Translations under genes and position numbers: made by a program
Notes under the pieces: generated by a model
Database searches by the model: none
Told to the model about the DNA's origin: nothing
Seen by the model: the letters and a program-made list of their open reading frames with translations, nothing else
Part shown: positions 18,173 through 32,600 of the stretch, in pieces
Position numbering within the stretch: position 1 is the stretch's first letter
Layout of the letters: each line of letters begins with the position of its first letter
Source: Ruditapes philippinarum
Taxonomy: Eukaryota
DNA: 64,000 nt
Assembly: GCF_026571515.1 (NCBI RefSeq)
Contig: NW_026866095.1
Location: 1 to 64,000 of the forward strand
Direction of reading: 5' to 3'

Positions 18173-20468
18173 ATTTAGAATAATTCAGTCAACCAATGTA
18201 TGCATTAATTATTTACCCTATTTACTTCTTAAATAGTTTCTCCGGCATTTCGCTTTTTCACAATTTTGTATCCATGTTGTAAACTGTATATGTATATTTT
18301 AAACGACACTGGAACATCTCAACCATTCAATTGTATGTTATTTTTTCTACCCGCATATTTGACCGCTTTTTATCGTCCATCCGTTAACGTTTCAAGCTCC
18401 AGTATAATTCCTATATACTGGATGTTTGTTTGTAGCGTCATGTAACCAGTCGTACCATACAGTTTATGTATGAACGTTGATCCATTGATCACCGATATAA
18501 TACACACAAGAGAACATTGGAAAACCCAAGTCCACTATTGTTACGGGGTATTGATTTATCCTTTTACAAAACTGTTTAACATAGTTGTTTACTACACGAT
18601 TCAGTATGTAAACTTCCTTATTTAACTTTTTATTAATTCTTTAGTATCGTACGATAAAATGTAAAATGTATTGCTAACAAGTCGCACCCTGTTCAGAATA
18701 GATGCTTTCATGCCGATGTGCACAGAATATTCAATTTGATTTTACAGAGACACGTGCTCGCTGTGATGTCATTTGTGTTGTTCACTTTAATACTTGTCAT
18801 ATCTTAAAACATTAATGTGCTAATACTTTGCATATTTTAAAACATTTATGTGTTTTCAATAAATTTATTTCTATGAAATGGTATAATTTCGAATCATTTG
18901 CTTGCGTGTCTTATTAAACTTAACATTATTGTATTATATTATATGATTATATATGCGTCTCCACTCAACTAAGGTCTAAAAGCCTAAAAACATAAAATTT
19001 GAAATTCTTACTTAACATTGAAAAATATGCAAATGATAATAAGAAATACTGTTACACTCAGAATTAAATCTAAAATCGATTTTAAGCGATATTTTGACTG
19101 ATTAAAATTAATATTTAGCGTTTAAATGTTTTTCATTTTTGGTCATTTTGCAAAATAAAATTGATTATTTTGGGGAAAAAAACGAAATAAGCAAATGACA
19201 CACGTTATTTGTACAGACACAAATCTCGAAAAAAGAAAAAAGAAGTTGTTATGTCAAAAATCTCTGTTGAGCCCCTTAAATTTCATGTAAATGTCATTTT
19301 TAAATAAGGCATTCAAATTAAGTTTTTTCAAATATATGTGTCACACATAATACAAAGTATTTTTTCCACAATTGTCACATGGTGTCACTGGTTTCAATTT
19401 GATATCAAGGTGTTCATGAGAACATATATTTACGCTTTAACCACTCTCCTAGACATTTGAATGAATTAACCAAATATGCATATATTCATTTGAAATAGGG
19501 GAGGCAATCCATTTGACAATGTAAACTTGCACACAAACGTTATATTTCTTTATATTTCTTCACTAAATAAACATAATATAAATCAATATATAATTAAAAC
19601 GTAGACAAATACTATTATTGCATAATTTGTTGAGTTAAGAAAAATAACGAATAAATATTTCTTTGTTAATATTTCAGTATGATTTGGGTTTGCAAAATTA
19701 TAAATTCAACATACATTGTACCATTACTTTGCTAATATTTAACTATACATATATTTATCCTAAGTTAACGTAATCGAAGTTTTACTGTATTAAAAATCAT
19801 TGAATATGTTACGCACGTGCGTCAGTAATACGAGTATATAATAAATGTATTTATCCTTGTTTCTACACGTTGTTATTTGCACGAAATTTACGTGCTGTGT
19901 TGATATATAAGTTAGCGGATCGCTATAGTTAATCATTCGAGCTCTTCACACTGCATTGCAAAGTCAATCACGTTTACAAGTTTGATCCCCCCTCCCCCAC
20001 CCGAAAGGCGATCATATTGATTTCAGCTTTTATAAGAAACATTTTTGAAAAAGTTAGATTGATATTTAATTTGAATTAAATTAATTAATTAAGTTATTAG
20101 ATATATTTGTTACAGAATTTCATATTTTGAGCCTTTTCAGATTTATTAATTATTATAGTGATGTATGTACTGGATATTTACAGAGTCAAACGATTATGTG
20201 TTATGTTTCTATATATTATATTTATGTTTAAATATAAAATGTTAAATAGAATAAATGCAATGTGAATGACTGATTCTACATATGTGTTTGTGTTTTATTT
20301 TCTTAGTTTCTGTAGACTAAAGGATAAATGATTTATTTCCGTTTGAGCGAAAGCGAATTAGGAAATAAAGTCGGTTAGATGTGTATATTATTGCACTATC
20401 CTCCAAAAAATAAAATGACTAATACTCTTCTGGAGGACTATGCATATAGGCAGCCGGTGGCGAGTATA

Positions 20469-20490
20469 AACACGCACACACACACACACA

Positions 20491-20522
<32 letters not shown>

Positions 20523-20537
20523 CACACACGAACACAC
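20469..20537. repeat. (CA)n/(CGCA)n compound microsatellite
   Basis: Directly visible. Confidence 0.95.
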
Positions 20538-21189
20538 GTGTATATCATCAATGCTACACACGTGTACTTTACTGCGTTATCCCACCATCCTCCCGAAATG
20601 TGCACACAGTACAAAGTAGATTTAATCTGTATAGTAACAATGATTTTACTTGGTTCTACATATAATGACCATTTTTATTTTTTACTGTTTGGGCGAGAAG
20701 ATTTTCGCTAAATTATCTACTTTAATTTTAAACAACAGGTTTATCGTGAACAAAATACCTCGAAATTAATAAGGAGTACAAACCCGAAATGCAATGGAAG
20801 TTCTAAATTTAGAATGACTTGATTTTATTCAGGCATTGTTTGTATGCGCAGGGGTAACGCGCTCGCTGAGAGAGTGAGAGGTCTGGAGTTCGAATCCCAG
20901 TCGAGGAAACTTTTTTTTTTTAATTCTCTTTTAAGTGTCTTTGTTAAGGAAGTAGCCATGATATGCAAGGATAAAGTGTGGCTGTCATAAAAAATGAACA
21001 TAAATGATTTTTTGATGCAACTCTAGTTATGCAAAATTCCGTATGTATCAAACTCTGGTGCCTTGCAAGATGAATTATAGTACATAAAAATAAACTTATA
21101 CAGGAAGATACATACAGATATACAGCACCGATTTAGATTGCAAAGATCAGAAAATACCACAGAGCTTGCAACCCTTTGATTCTTTATAA

Positions 21190-22727
21190 ATATACATGCT
21201 TATAGTAAGCTCCAGGATTATTTACATCTGTGTTAAACAACAGTTAAAGTCGTTACAAGTCCTAATTTAGAATAATATGGTTTTCTTCAGGCCGTTCACA
21301 TATAAATTCACCGTGGCTGAGGGGTTTTTGCGCTCGCTTAGGAAGCGAGAGATCTGGAGTTCAAATCCCAGTAAAGGCAACTCATTTTTTTCAAATTGTT
21401 TAAATCAAATTTGTTTGTTTTTTGTATATTGGGTTTTACGTCACATCGACACATCGACGTTCCAGCTTTACTGGTGGAGGAAGACCTCAGGTGCCCTTCC
21501 GTGCATTATTTCAGGCACGAACGGGCACCTGAGTAGAACCACCGACGTTCCGTAAGCTAGCTGGATAGCTTCCTCACATGAAAGAATCCAAAGTCCCTGT
21601 CGGGATTCGAACCCACAGCGGTGAGGGGCCAATGGTTGTTTAAGTCAAATAAACATTGGATTGAATATCAGTGTTGCAATTAGTCTTATAGCCAATTTAC
21701 TGCTATTAAAACGCTTGAAAGCATTGGTGGCACTATACATATAATCTCACAACCTGTACCTTTCTTACATTCTGAGACCCAAACAAATTCAGCGCCTTCT
21801 GTGCTTTGATTATTTGTTTGGGTCGTCCGACTAAACAAATAATGGTAGCGAAATTTCAGACTCTGATGCTGTTAATTGCAAATGCCGAAAGTAGTCCGCT
21901 TTTTTGAAGCGGTTACTTCCCTTTATATGTTCACTAACGCCGAAAAATTCAGGGGAGATCACTGCGTAAAGATTGTCAAATGACAGGCGCATTAATTTTC
22001 AAGCAAAATAGTTCCCGAATGGTCGAAGATTTCTAATATTGTTTCATTCTTTACAGATATACATGCTTATAGTAAGCTCCATGCTTATTTACATCTGTGT
22101 TAAACAAGAGGTTTAGCGTCGAAATACAGTCAAACGTGTATTAAGCGACCGGGCAAGGGAAGCACCCAAAACGGTCGCTTAATGAAACGGTCTTTTAAGA
22201 CAGTCAGCATTATATAAAAGTCAAAATTTATAAATGACATCTTTTTTATTCGGTTGGATTGTTTTTCAACTTCATTTTTATAAAAATGTTGAAAAAATAC
22301 GCTCCAATAATCTAAATGGATGCAAATGAAAAAAATAACTTTCTGATATTTATTGACAAAACAGTTTCAAGATCCATTACGTCCATGTTGGACATTTTTT
22401 CCAGAATTTTTTGTAGTTACAAACCCATAGTTTTCTTCAGGCCGTTTACATATAACTTCACCGTGGCCGAGGGGTTTGCACGCTCGCTTAGGAATCGAGA
22501 GGTCTGGAGTTCAGTTAAGGATAATTCATTTCTTTTTTAAATTGTTTAAGTCAAATAAACATTGAATTGAATATCAATGTTGCAAGTAGTCTTATAGCCA
22601 ATTTACTACAGTTAAAACACTGGAAAGCATTGGTGGCACTATACAAAAACAAATTGGTTTATAATCACACAACCTTCACCTTTCTGACAATCTGAGACCC
22701 AAACAAATTCAGCGCCTTCTGTGCTTT
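21190..22727. repeat. Local direct duplication (21190-21807 vs 22058-22727) containing a tRNA-Pro-like head
   Basis: Both copies share atatacatgcttatagtaagctcca ... aaacaaattcagcgccttctgtgcttt. Each copy carries a different insertion. Confidence 0.85.
21411..21635 (-). mobile_element. SINE family S1, 5'-truncated, with 15-bp TSD
   Basis: TSD ttgtttaa(a/g)tcaaat at 21396-21410 and 21636-21650; (AAAC)n tail. The paralogous empty site is at about 22542-22556. Confidence 0.85.
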
Positions 22728-23307
22728 TTTATATTCTGTACATATATAAGAAGAGACTTATAATTTTACACGTTTTTGTAAAATGTTCTGAACTTGTTCG
22801 TGGAAGGCGTGCAGTTATTGAGCGTACACATTCGGCTTTTAATTACATTATACATATTTAAGTGGCTTATTTTTATGGGTCTTCTCACTAAATTATGTCA
22901 GAACACTTACGGATCCTACTGCGTCCCCCTCCAACGATGGAGTAGGGTTGCCAGCCGTCTCGCAGCATACTGACAGGGAAAGTACGTTCATATAACTGTG
23001 TATTCCATGTTGATGTACGTTATAAAGATATGAGATTATTGTCAAGAAAGACATTTTAGATTTACACCGATTTATGAAACGTTGAGATATTATTGTCATG
23101 TATGCTGTTTCTAAGATATATAATTATATTAGTAATGTAGATATACGGCAATGCAGATAACAAATCTAAAAGGTGAATTTATGTGTACATTTGTTGTTCT
23201 TTCTTCCTTCGATTGCCGTTATTATTAATATTAATGATTTATTTACGTTTGCGCGTAGCGAATTAGGAAATAAAGTATGTTTATGATATGTGACTTATAT
23301 ATATCTG

Positions 23308-23520
23308 TACGGTTCCCCGTTAGGGCCGTCCATCGTAACAAACATATGACTCGAAACAACGAACACATGAAATAACGATGATAAAAAGTTTAAATGGTGA
23401 AAACTCGAAAGTACGATGGTGAAAACACGAAATTATATCAAGTTTTCACCATCGTGGTTTCGTTATTTCGTTTTTTCACCATCGTACTTTCGACTTTCCA
23501 TCATCGTGGTTTCGTTATTT
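23308..23520. mobile_element. Remnant of a TACGG-ended MITE with inverted internal subrepeats
   Basis: Starts tacggttcc; acgatggtgaaaa repeats are mirrored by ttttcaccatcgt repeats. Confidence 0.5.
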
Positions 23521-23666
23521 CTCAATCTTAATAAAATGACAAATGAGGGTAATTTTTATCGGGGTCAAAACTTGAAACCGACTTTAATTTTATCAAACTA
23601 CATGCACATATATAGTTACACGTTAACGTATACACTCTTTTTGTTGTTGTTGTTGATGGTGTTGTT

Positions 23667-26600
23667 TTAGTTCGTAACTGCGGTTTTCTGTTTGTTTGCA
23701 AAATTCCTGAGAATATCTCTGATTCTCCCAGAGTGCTTTGTAGATTTTGCCTCCTGAAAAATTATGTTATTTTTGCTCCTTTTATTTGTGTTATGCATGC
23801 ATAATTGTTTTTCTCCTAATTAATATATGTAGTAGAAATGCGTACCTTAAATATTATTATAATATTTTGTGAAAGTTATATTTTCTACAAAGACAATAGT
23901 TTCCTTGCAAGGATACAAAGAAATAATAAAATGAATTTGATCTCGTCAACTGAGACAATTTGTATATATATACCTCAATCTTTTCCCCTTTATCGCAAGA
24001 AGATGGCGGTGTGAACACTGATCTATCTTTTATTCCAGTGGTAAAGTCATATATATCTGCCACAGTTATGTCGACATTCTTGTTGCTGTCAAACACGTAC
24101 GAGTCGGACACTGACATTCTAACTGGGGTACATTCACCGTTATCATTATCTAGAGAAGGAGATGTTGACATTTTGATATTTAAACAAGTGTGATAACTCG
24201 GCAAACATCTTCAATGGAGCCGTAACAAACACGAAATATACCTTATATTATATATTATATTGCAACTATAATTTTGTTTAAACTGATATATTGAAATTTA
24301 AGACAAAAATTTATTTCATGTTAATACTAAACTAGAGATTCGCATGTCGGAGCATTTAATGCCCGAAGTATGTGGTGTCGTAAGATGAGCAGTATTAAAA
24401 TGAGAGAGGACACGATGGGAAAAATGTAAAATAAAAAAGATTTTACACTTAGTGTCAGTGTGCCCTTAACATTGTGACCTCAAAACCATAGGGGTTATCA
24501 ATTGCTATGGCTGTTGTCCTACCAAGTTAAACAACCTAGGCTTATTTCATCTCAAGTTGTTGATATGGTAAGGATTGTGTCAGTGTGACCTTTGATCTTT
24601 TGACTTCAATATTGATATCAAGTTAATCTGCTGGCCAAAGATAATATATCTTAGAATGTTTCACAAACTTTATATTCCGTCTCAAGGTATTGGTCGTCAA
24701 GGATTTTACTCAGTGCCACTGTGACCTTGAACTTTATCTTAATTAACAAATTTAGGTCAATTCTTTCCAAAGACAAAGTGCTATTGTGCGGACAATGATT
24801 TTACATTACATTAAGTATCCCTGTGACATTGACCTTTGATGCTATGGGCCAGGTTTTACTGTGACCAAGAACTTTGACCTAACGAACTAAAATCAATAAG
24901 GGTCATCTACTGGCAAGGCAATGACCAGTCTCTCTCCTAAGTATGAAGACAACACACCAAAAAGGTTTTAAGGTGTTCAACGGATATCGTTGTAACTACC
25001 AACAGACAGACGGACAGACAAGCGCCATATCATGGTACATGTACTAAGTATCTTTCAGGGGTATAAAATGGACTTAAAATGACGTCATCATTATTATGTG
25101 AGTGTCGTCGAGAAAAGTAATGTTAAAAGTGTAAAATTCAAGATAAAAACACATGTGCCTAAAGTGCAAATTTTGAAAAGCGACATTCTGTAGAGCAATA
25201 TTCATCACATCTTGATAATTTTTTCTCAACTTAAGACTTCACAATAAAGTTTACCTAAAGCAGCACCTCGCCGTGACAATCAAAGCGTTTGTTTCTCAAA
25301 GCAGTGGTTGTATTAAATTTACCTATTTACAATAAAATTTTGTACCTGACATGATGACTGTCACAGTTATTTCATATGGGTCCAGGTAAATACGGTCATG
25401 GAACATGAATGTCTTCATGGCCTGTCCGGTTTGTGCAAACATTCCTTCACTGATTAATGTAGCATTACCTGAAATGAGTTCATCAAAACAATCATAGAAC
25501 GATTCTACAGGTAGCTTACAATAAATACTGTACACTGTATAGAAATTTTAAAGGGTAACAAATTTTGCCATGATTCGAGTGCGCCAAACTGGACTTTTTC
25601 TGCTCAAAATGTGTAAATAAATGTACACTTGTCGGATCATTCTGATGTGTCACATTTTCATAATCATAATGTAACATTGTAATTAGAATCTGTCAATTTT
25701 ACTGTATAATTATGTATGTTATCAATAATAAATTATCATCATTACATTATTCTTGTACATTTGTATATGCTCTCATTATATACTTTGTTTATGCTCTGTA
25801 ACACCGCACTTTGGGGTCAAACCCCAAAGTGCGTTAAACTTCGCACCGCACTTTGGGGTCCAACGCACTTTGGGGTCAAAATCGAGAAATTGACCCCAAA
25901 GTGCGTTAATATGCTACATATCAACGCACTTTGGGTTCCAGAGGTCTAAAGGTGTCATCTGAGTTCTGCTTAAATACTGAGTACTGACTTATTTTCGATC
26001 TGCGACATTGAAATATTTGAGGTGGAGTTCAAGATGGCGGTCAATACTTTGATGATGCTTAAGTGATAAAAGTTTCATTAATTTTACCACTTGAAATATC
26101 TAAAAATTGTGTTCATATAACAAAATTACGGTGGCATAAAAGTGACATTTGCATTTTTTTTTTAGTTTTGCATACATATTTTTTTTGAGTTTTGCATTTT
26201 TAGTTTTGCATTCATATTTTATTTTAGTTTTTCGTACATATTTTATTTTTGTTTTTCGTACATATTTTAGCCAATCAAAACAGCCTTCACATCTCATAAC
26301 AGCCCATAGTTGAGTATAAAACTAGCACAGTGGTTTGGTCACATTTCGGCCCATTTTTGGAATCGGCCCAGTCGTTTTCGGCCGGGCAAGTCTGGTTTCG
26401 GCCGACCCTTTTCGGCCCATTTTTTAAATTATATGTATTTTATATAATTATTGTTTTTTTATTATTATATACTATTATATTAGTGTCTATTTGGAAAGGG
26501 CTGTTGATTGGTGATCAGTTATTATTCCATGAATATGCACCACTCAACCCCACCCCCTGAGAATAACGGGGAGAGGGGCATTGACTTTAAACCAAGCCGA

Positions 26601-29600
26601 CCACTGGTAAAATCTTAGCCCTACGGAGGATACTCAGATAATAACATTCCTGCCTTATGCCCCGGAACAGCGCAAACATCAAAACACGGTTATTTTTTTA
26701 ACCCCCACTCCCCTGGGGGCGAGAAAGGTGGTTACAAATGACTGGTGTATTACAATAATGCACAATAAAAGATCTAACTAGGTCCTTATATTCCATTGAT
26801 TTAGAAAAAATGCTTAAAGGTTTGAAGGATTAGCACATCCAGATAATTGGCAGAACTTATATGCCAGGTGTGCCGGCTCAAGGTCGGGGTCACACCTATA
26901 GGTCAAAGGATTAAGACTTTGAGTTTCATGTCCGCTCCTTATCTCCTAAACCCAATGAAGGATTTTCATGCACCTTGTGTCAAATGTTAACCACATCAAG
27001 ATCATATGCAGAACCTTTCTTTGGGTTACCGCGGACTATATATATATACAGTCGGCATCGTACTTGCGGCCACCTTTATTAAGCGACTTTTTTATTAAGC
27101 GGCCGCATAAAATCCCTCCCGATGATTTTTACTATTTAATTTAATTCCATTAAACGACTATTTTATATCGCGGCCAGCGGCCACTGAATGTCGGCCCAAA
27201 TGTACAAAATTAACTGTTAAAGTATCTATTAAACGGCCGTGACAAACAATCGTCCCTGCGGGCATTCTCACCTGTGTAATTAGCGAGTAGGTTAGATGTG
27301 TACAAGCAAACAAACAAATAATTTTCATGGTCATTGGTCACAAATAATTGTCGTTTAAAAACGAAATGAATAACAATTGCAATCGTTTCAAAATCGGATT
27401 TTCCGATCGTAATATTTATTGTGACATATTTTGTCAGAGCAATAACGTATCACAACACCGCGTTTGCATAGTTTTGTCACCTGCTGAGAGTGACCTCCCT
27501 GTATATATACACTAGAAAGTGTTGTTATTTTTTTGATTACTCCAAAAATGAAAATGTTGGTATTTGCAAATGGCAAATGGGGTACTGTAATTTACAGATG
27601 GCAAAGTGTTTGAAAATGGTGTTTTACAAATGGCGTAATTATCCAAACCTCTACTTAGCAAATGTATGGAAGCCTTGGAGGGTCACTTTTGAGTTTCGAC
27701 TTATATATTTATTTTACTATTTTCTTATGACTTTTGATTTATGACTTTTGATTTATGACTTTTGATTTTTGACTTATGGGTTTTGTTACTGTCCCACGTG
27801 CTTGTCTCATTATTTCCAAGGAAAATATGGCAGAATATGACAACGATTCAGACGAGGTAAGTTCATTTACCTAAGTTTCTTGGAGACTTATTTAAAAACA
27901 AAATATGTGGGTACATATGCAAGGACAGATGTTATTCTTATATAAGCCTTTTTAATTGATTAAGAAATTTTAAAGAAAATATTTTGCTTGCATTGCATTG
28001 CATTTGGTATCCATTCTTTATTTTGATTTCCGGAACAGGGATATATAATCTCAAATTGACATACAGCGTATGAATCAAACGCTTTATTTTTTTATATAGG
28101 TTCCAGTTTTAAATCCAAATCAGTATCGCATTGTTGTTTGCTGCAGTTTCAATCGGTTTCCACCCGTAGTTCATTCTTCGTCCATCTTATATTGATTATG
28201 GACCAAATTATAGGCCCTATTTTGACAAAGAAATTTGTAATTAAGAAGTTTCATGAAACATGGTATTTCAAAAACAGCTTTGAAACTTCACACACTTCAG
28301 ACACTTAAGTAAGAAACCTCTGTCAGTCTGAATTGCATTGTTATCAAAGTATGCCTCTTTTTCGACTTTGAATTTGTTGTTTAGAATTTTCATGAAAAAT
28401 GGTTTCGAAAAAACTATTTTAGCGATTCCTTTGAAACTTAAAACACATATTAATTGTGACATCTAAGGTCAATGATCAAGTTTCGTATGAGTGGCTCACA
28501 ATTTGACATACTTATGCCCATTTTTAAAGCTTAAATGTTTTGTCAGAAGGTTTATGAAATATGGTCCCATAAACAAGTTATGATATAATATTGAAACTTT
28601 ATTATTCACTTGTTCAATATCAATAACTTAGGACACCTACCAAGTACAAAGTACATGTTATTTGTATAATTATAAACTTTTGAATACAATTATGTATTAA
28701 GGGATTTTTTGTATTTCATTTTGTATATATATTTATTTCATTTCAATTGATATAACACATACTTTTAATGCTTTCAATTTAAATTCTAGTAAAGCTACAT
28801 GTAGGGATTAATGACGTGATGTCGAATGCTTTCAACCACAAAGCAGTTGCAAGAGCATCAGCAATACATATTTGTCAAGTTTTCGGAGCCAGTTTAGAAG
28901 ACTAAGAGGTTTCATTGCAAAACAGCGTTCGTTCCGAGTGGAAAGTAGTACAGTTTAGAAAATGCAAAATGTCCAAACACTGGTGATTTGGTTTTCTTCG
29001 TTATTGTCTATGGAAATATTCAGACATTTTCGGAATACGAGGGTTATCCTTTTCACACTTGTTTCAGACGCTCGACAACCCCACCATTTATTGTGGACGC
29101 TTATTGGAAACACACAATGTCACGTATCGCCACGTTTATTTTATACTGTCCATATCTCCAATATGGTATAAAACTTGTATCGATAGACAGGTCATCGTGA
29201 GACAAAGAAAGGTGTGAAAAATCATGAATTCACAATTCTGGCTTTCATAATTTTCAGTATTTGCCCATTGTAAATTAAAAAAAACTTATATGAAAGGTAT
29301 CGAAATCAAACTTTGTTTGTTCATATAGCTCGGCGAGGCAGTAAGAAACATACTTCTTAGCTATCATAAATTTTAGAAAGTCTTGTTTTTTATTGTTTTT
29401 TTATCTCAAAAACTGTTGAAGGCATCAACTAGAATTTACTGGCAGATATATCTCGGCCAGACAGAGTGCATTGTGTTGTTAACAAAACTTTTGATTATAA
29501 CATTAAATCGTTCTCCTAAGTTAAAAATTCCCTTTTTCGACATGGACATGCCGTGGGTTGGGGGTATGCTCATTACGAAAGACCATGAAATTTCCATTAC

Positions 29601-32600
29601 ATATAAAATTGGTCATACTTAAAAAACAAAACAAAAAAACGTGTGGACGTTAACTAGGTTAACTAGGAAATCTTTGGCAAGATACTGTGTTTGTTTTTTC
29701 TTTCTTTTGAACATTTAGAAATGAGGAAATAACGCTCTGACAATGATTTTAAAAATCTTGACTTCAATAATAATAATAATACAAACACTCTAGCGTTGCT
29801 AATTCACCTAATTTATCTTATGTTTTCAAAAGCTTTGTAAAAACACTCATGATTTTCTTAGTTTTTCATCAGAAACGTATCACAATGTGTTGTTTTGTAG
29901 AAACATTGCAAGATATATGTCTTCTGTGACGTACATATATATATATATATATTTACATATATGTAAATACTTGAAATTTTTGTTGATGGCAGTGTTCAAT
30001 TTTAGCTGTTCCTTAGTGTTAGCTTTTAAGTAAGGCATATGTGCTATTTTAGAAAATAATGCTAGCCTCTGTATTTCTTATCTCTTTTAAAAAAAAAAAT
30101 TAAATATAATGAAGCTCAAATGCAGTTTGTTTTGCATATCTAATACATTTGTTTTCTTATAAGACAACAATTTTGTTAAACAAAATAAAGCACGGTTGTA
30201 GAATTAGAAATGTTTGTTGTTATCTGTTTAAACGCATTTATTCCAAAAATTTATTGATAGCTCTGCCAACCTGTCACGGTCTAGACCGTGAGGTAAAAAC
30301 CTTTGGTAGCGTGGTCTCTCGGTAGATGTATATTTAGGTAGTCTGTTGAGGGAGTTGGCAGTTTACTTCTATAGTGATTGATATTCTATTTCTACTTTGC
30401 TCATTGTAACATCTTACATATAATTTTAATGGAACATTATCTCTACATAGATAAATAAATTCTCTGTAACATTTAAATACTGTTTATTCCGATAGTAAAT
30501 TGCAAGTTTATTTTGGTTATAACAAAGTTACAATAACACAATAATAAATTGTCAACAAATGAGGACAATGTATTTTTATCATTCAGGACCAGATTAAATA
30601 TGCATTTTTCTACTTACAACATTGGAAAATTGATATCTCACTCGACCTTCGGTCTCGCGAGATATCATTTTTCCACCGCTGCTCGTAGCAATATACAAAG
30701 CCTTAAAAAGCTACTACTACATAATATTCCGTTTATATCTCCTTTAATTTAATGTACATGTATTATAATGCCTAATGCTTGTTCCCTCTTTAATAGTGAA
30801 CACGGAAAAATAGCGCACCAGTCAACCGTGACTAAATTCAACAAAAAATTAAATAATCTATTTCAAGCTGTAAAATGGTAATGAAAAATTGTAATAAGAC
30901 TACACATCTAGAAAATAGCTCAGAACTGTTTAATCTGAATAAAAAATTCTTATTTATCAATAACAGTTTATTTACTTTAATACTTAATGCTGCAGACGGT
31001 ATTTATGAATGAATGTCCCGAATTAAACCTTCTATACATATGATTTTACAAAAACAATTGATGTTGATTCTTCACGTAAAAAAGATCAACTATCATATGA
31101 TAAAATCATATGAATGCAATAATTATAATGCAAAAATGAGGCTAGTGGCTAAATGTACTTGTAAACATTATATGACTTCAACACCACTCTCGGCTTATGT
31201 GCTCCCTTGCATTTGGTGACTGTGTCACAAATTTGCTTATTTTGCACTAATCTAAAATCAAGTAAAACTAATGTTTATACCAAGGTAAAGAGTAACAGCA
31301 AATGACAAAAGTTATAAGTCAAAAGTCAAAAGATAAAAGTCATAGGTAAAAAGTGATAAATTATAAGTGAATAGTCACAAGGCAAAATTTAATAAAAAAC
31401 GAGAAAATTTATTACAAAGATCAACTATTATTTTTGAAATAACAATCATATATATTCCTTTTACATATAGTTACCATAATACATTCTATAAAGTATGGTT
31501 GCTATTTGTTGCGAATGAATAAGACGTTTAAATCTAATTACACATACTTGAAATTACACGTATCACTTATATGTCACGGTACGAATCTATTCAGTAGATG
31601 AAGTGCACTCTCGGTCGGGACAGAACTAGCCCTGTAAGGGGGTTGCGGGTTCGAATCCCGGTATAGCTGCATATCTTTCTCCCCCTGTGGCATTTGGTAT
31701 AGTGGAAAGTGTCCCTGCCAGTCACGCGGGAGACCGAGGTTCTATTCCTAGCCGGGCAGCCTTTTTGTAACCAGGGCTTGATATAGAACAGATACAGGTT
31801 GTGGGTTTGAAACCCATAGGAGAAAACTTTTTTTTTCTTCGTTTTTTCTTTTAACAGTATTTTTGTATTTTTCTAACTATATTTAGATGGAAAAATATGC
31901 TCGTTTTCTATTATTATCATTTTTTACAGATATTCATTGCCTAATCAATGCTAAATATAAGAGCAAATACGACATATAACATTTCAAATGCTTTACATAT
32001 TACAAACAAGCCGGTAAAAGCCTTCCATATTTCTCAGAATGAATCAATATACTTCTAGAAAGATTTTAGCAAACTTTGAAACAAGCCCTTTGACAAATGT
32101 AATTTTAGTGATTTTCTAAATTTAGAATGATATGATAGAAATTGTTCAAATGGGTGGGGTAGAGAAACATTTCCATGCATATTTCTATCGTGTCGAGAAA
32201 AGTGATGCATTTAACATACATAGTTCATTACTAGAATGTTATTTTTTGCATCTAAACAAACAACACTTGCAAAACATGTTAAACAAGAAGATATTTTTAA
32301 GACTTTCAATACATGTATTTCTTTTTAAAAGCCTTTTTGATGTATATGTTCTGACTCATAATAATGCCTACAACTCGTAATCCGTACGGTAAATTTTGCA
32401 TACAGGTGTCCTTTAGGTATACCACTTAACAATGTTGTCAATTTTATATACAATCCCTTATAGTGCAAATTAGAGTGGTTATAACTTAAATGATAATTTA
32501 CAAATATATTGTAATTTGCTAAATATTTACAAACCAATATCTTAAAACAACCATAAAATGAAGTGAAATCGTAGACTATCGTCTTTATGATTTTAAAACA

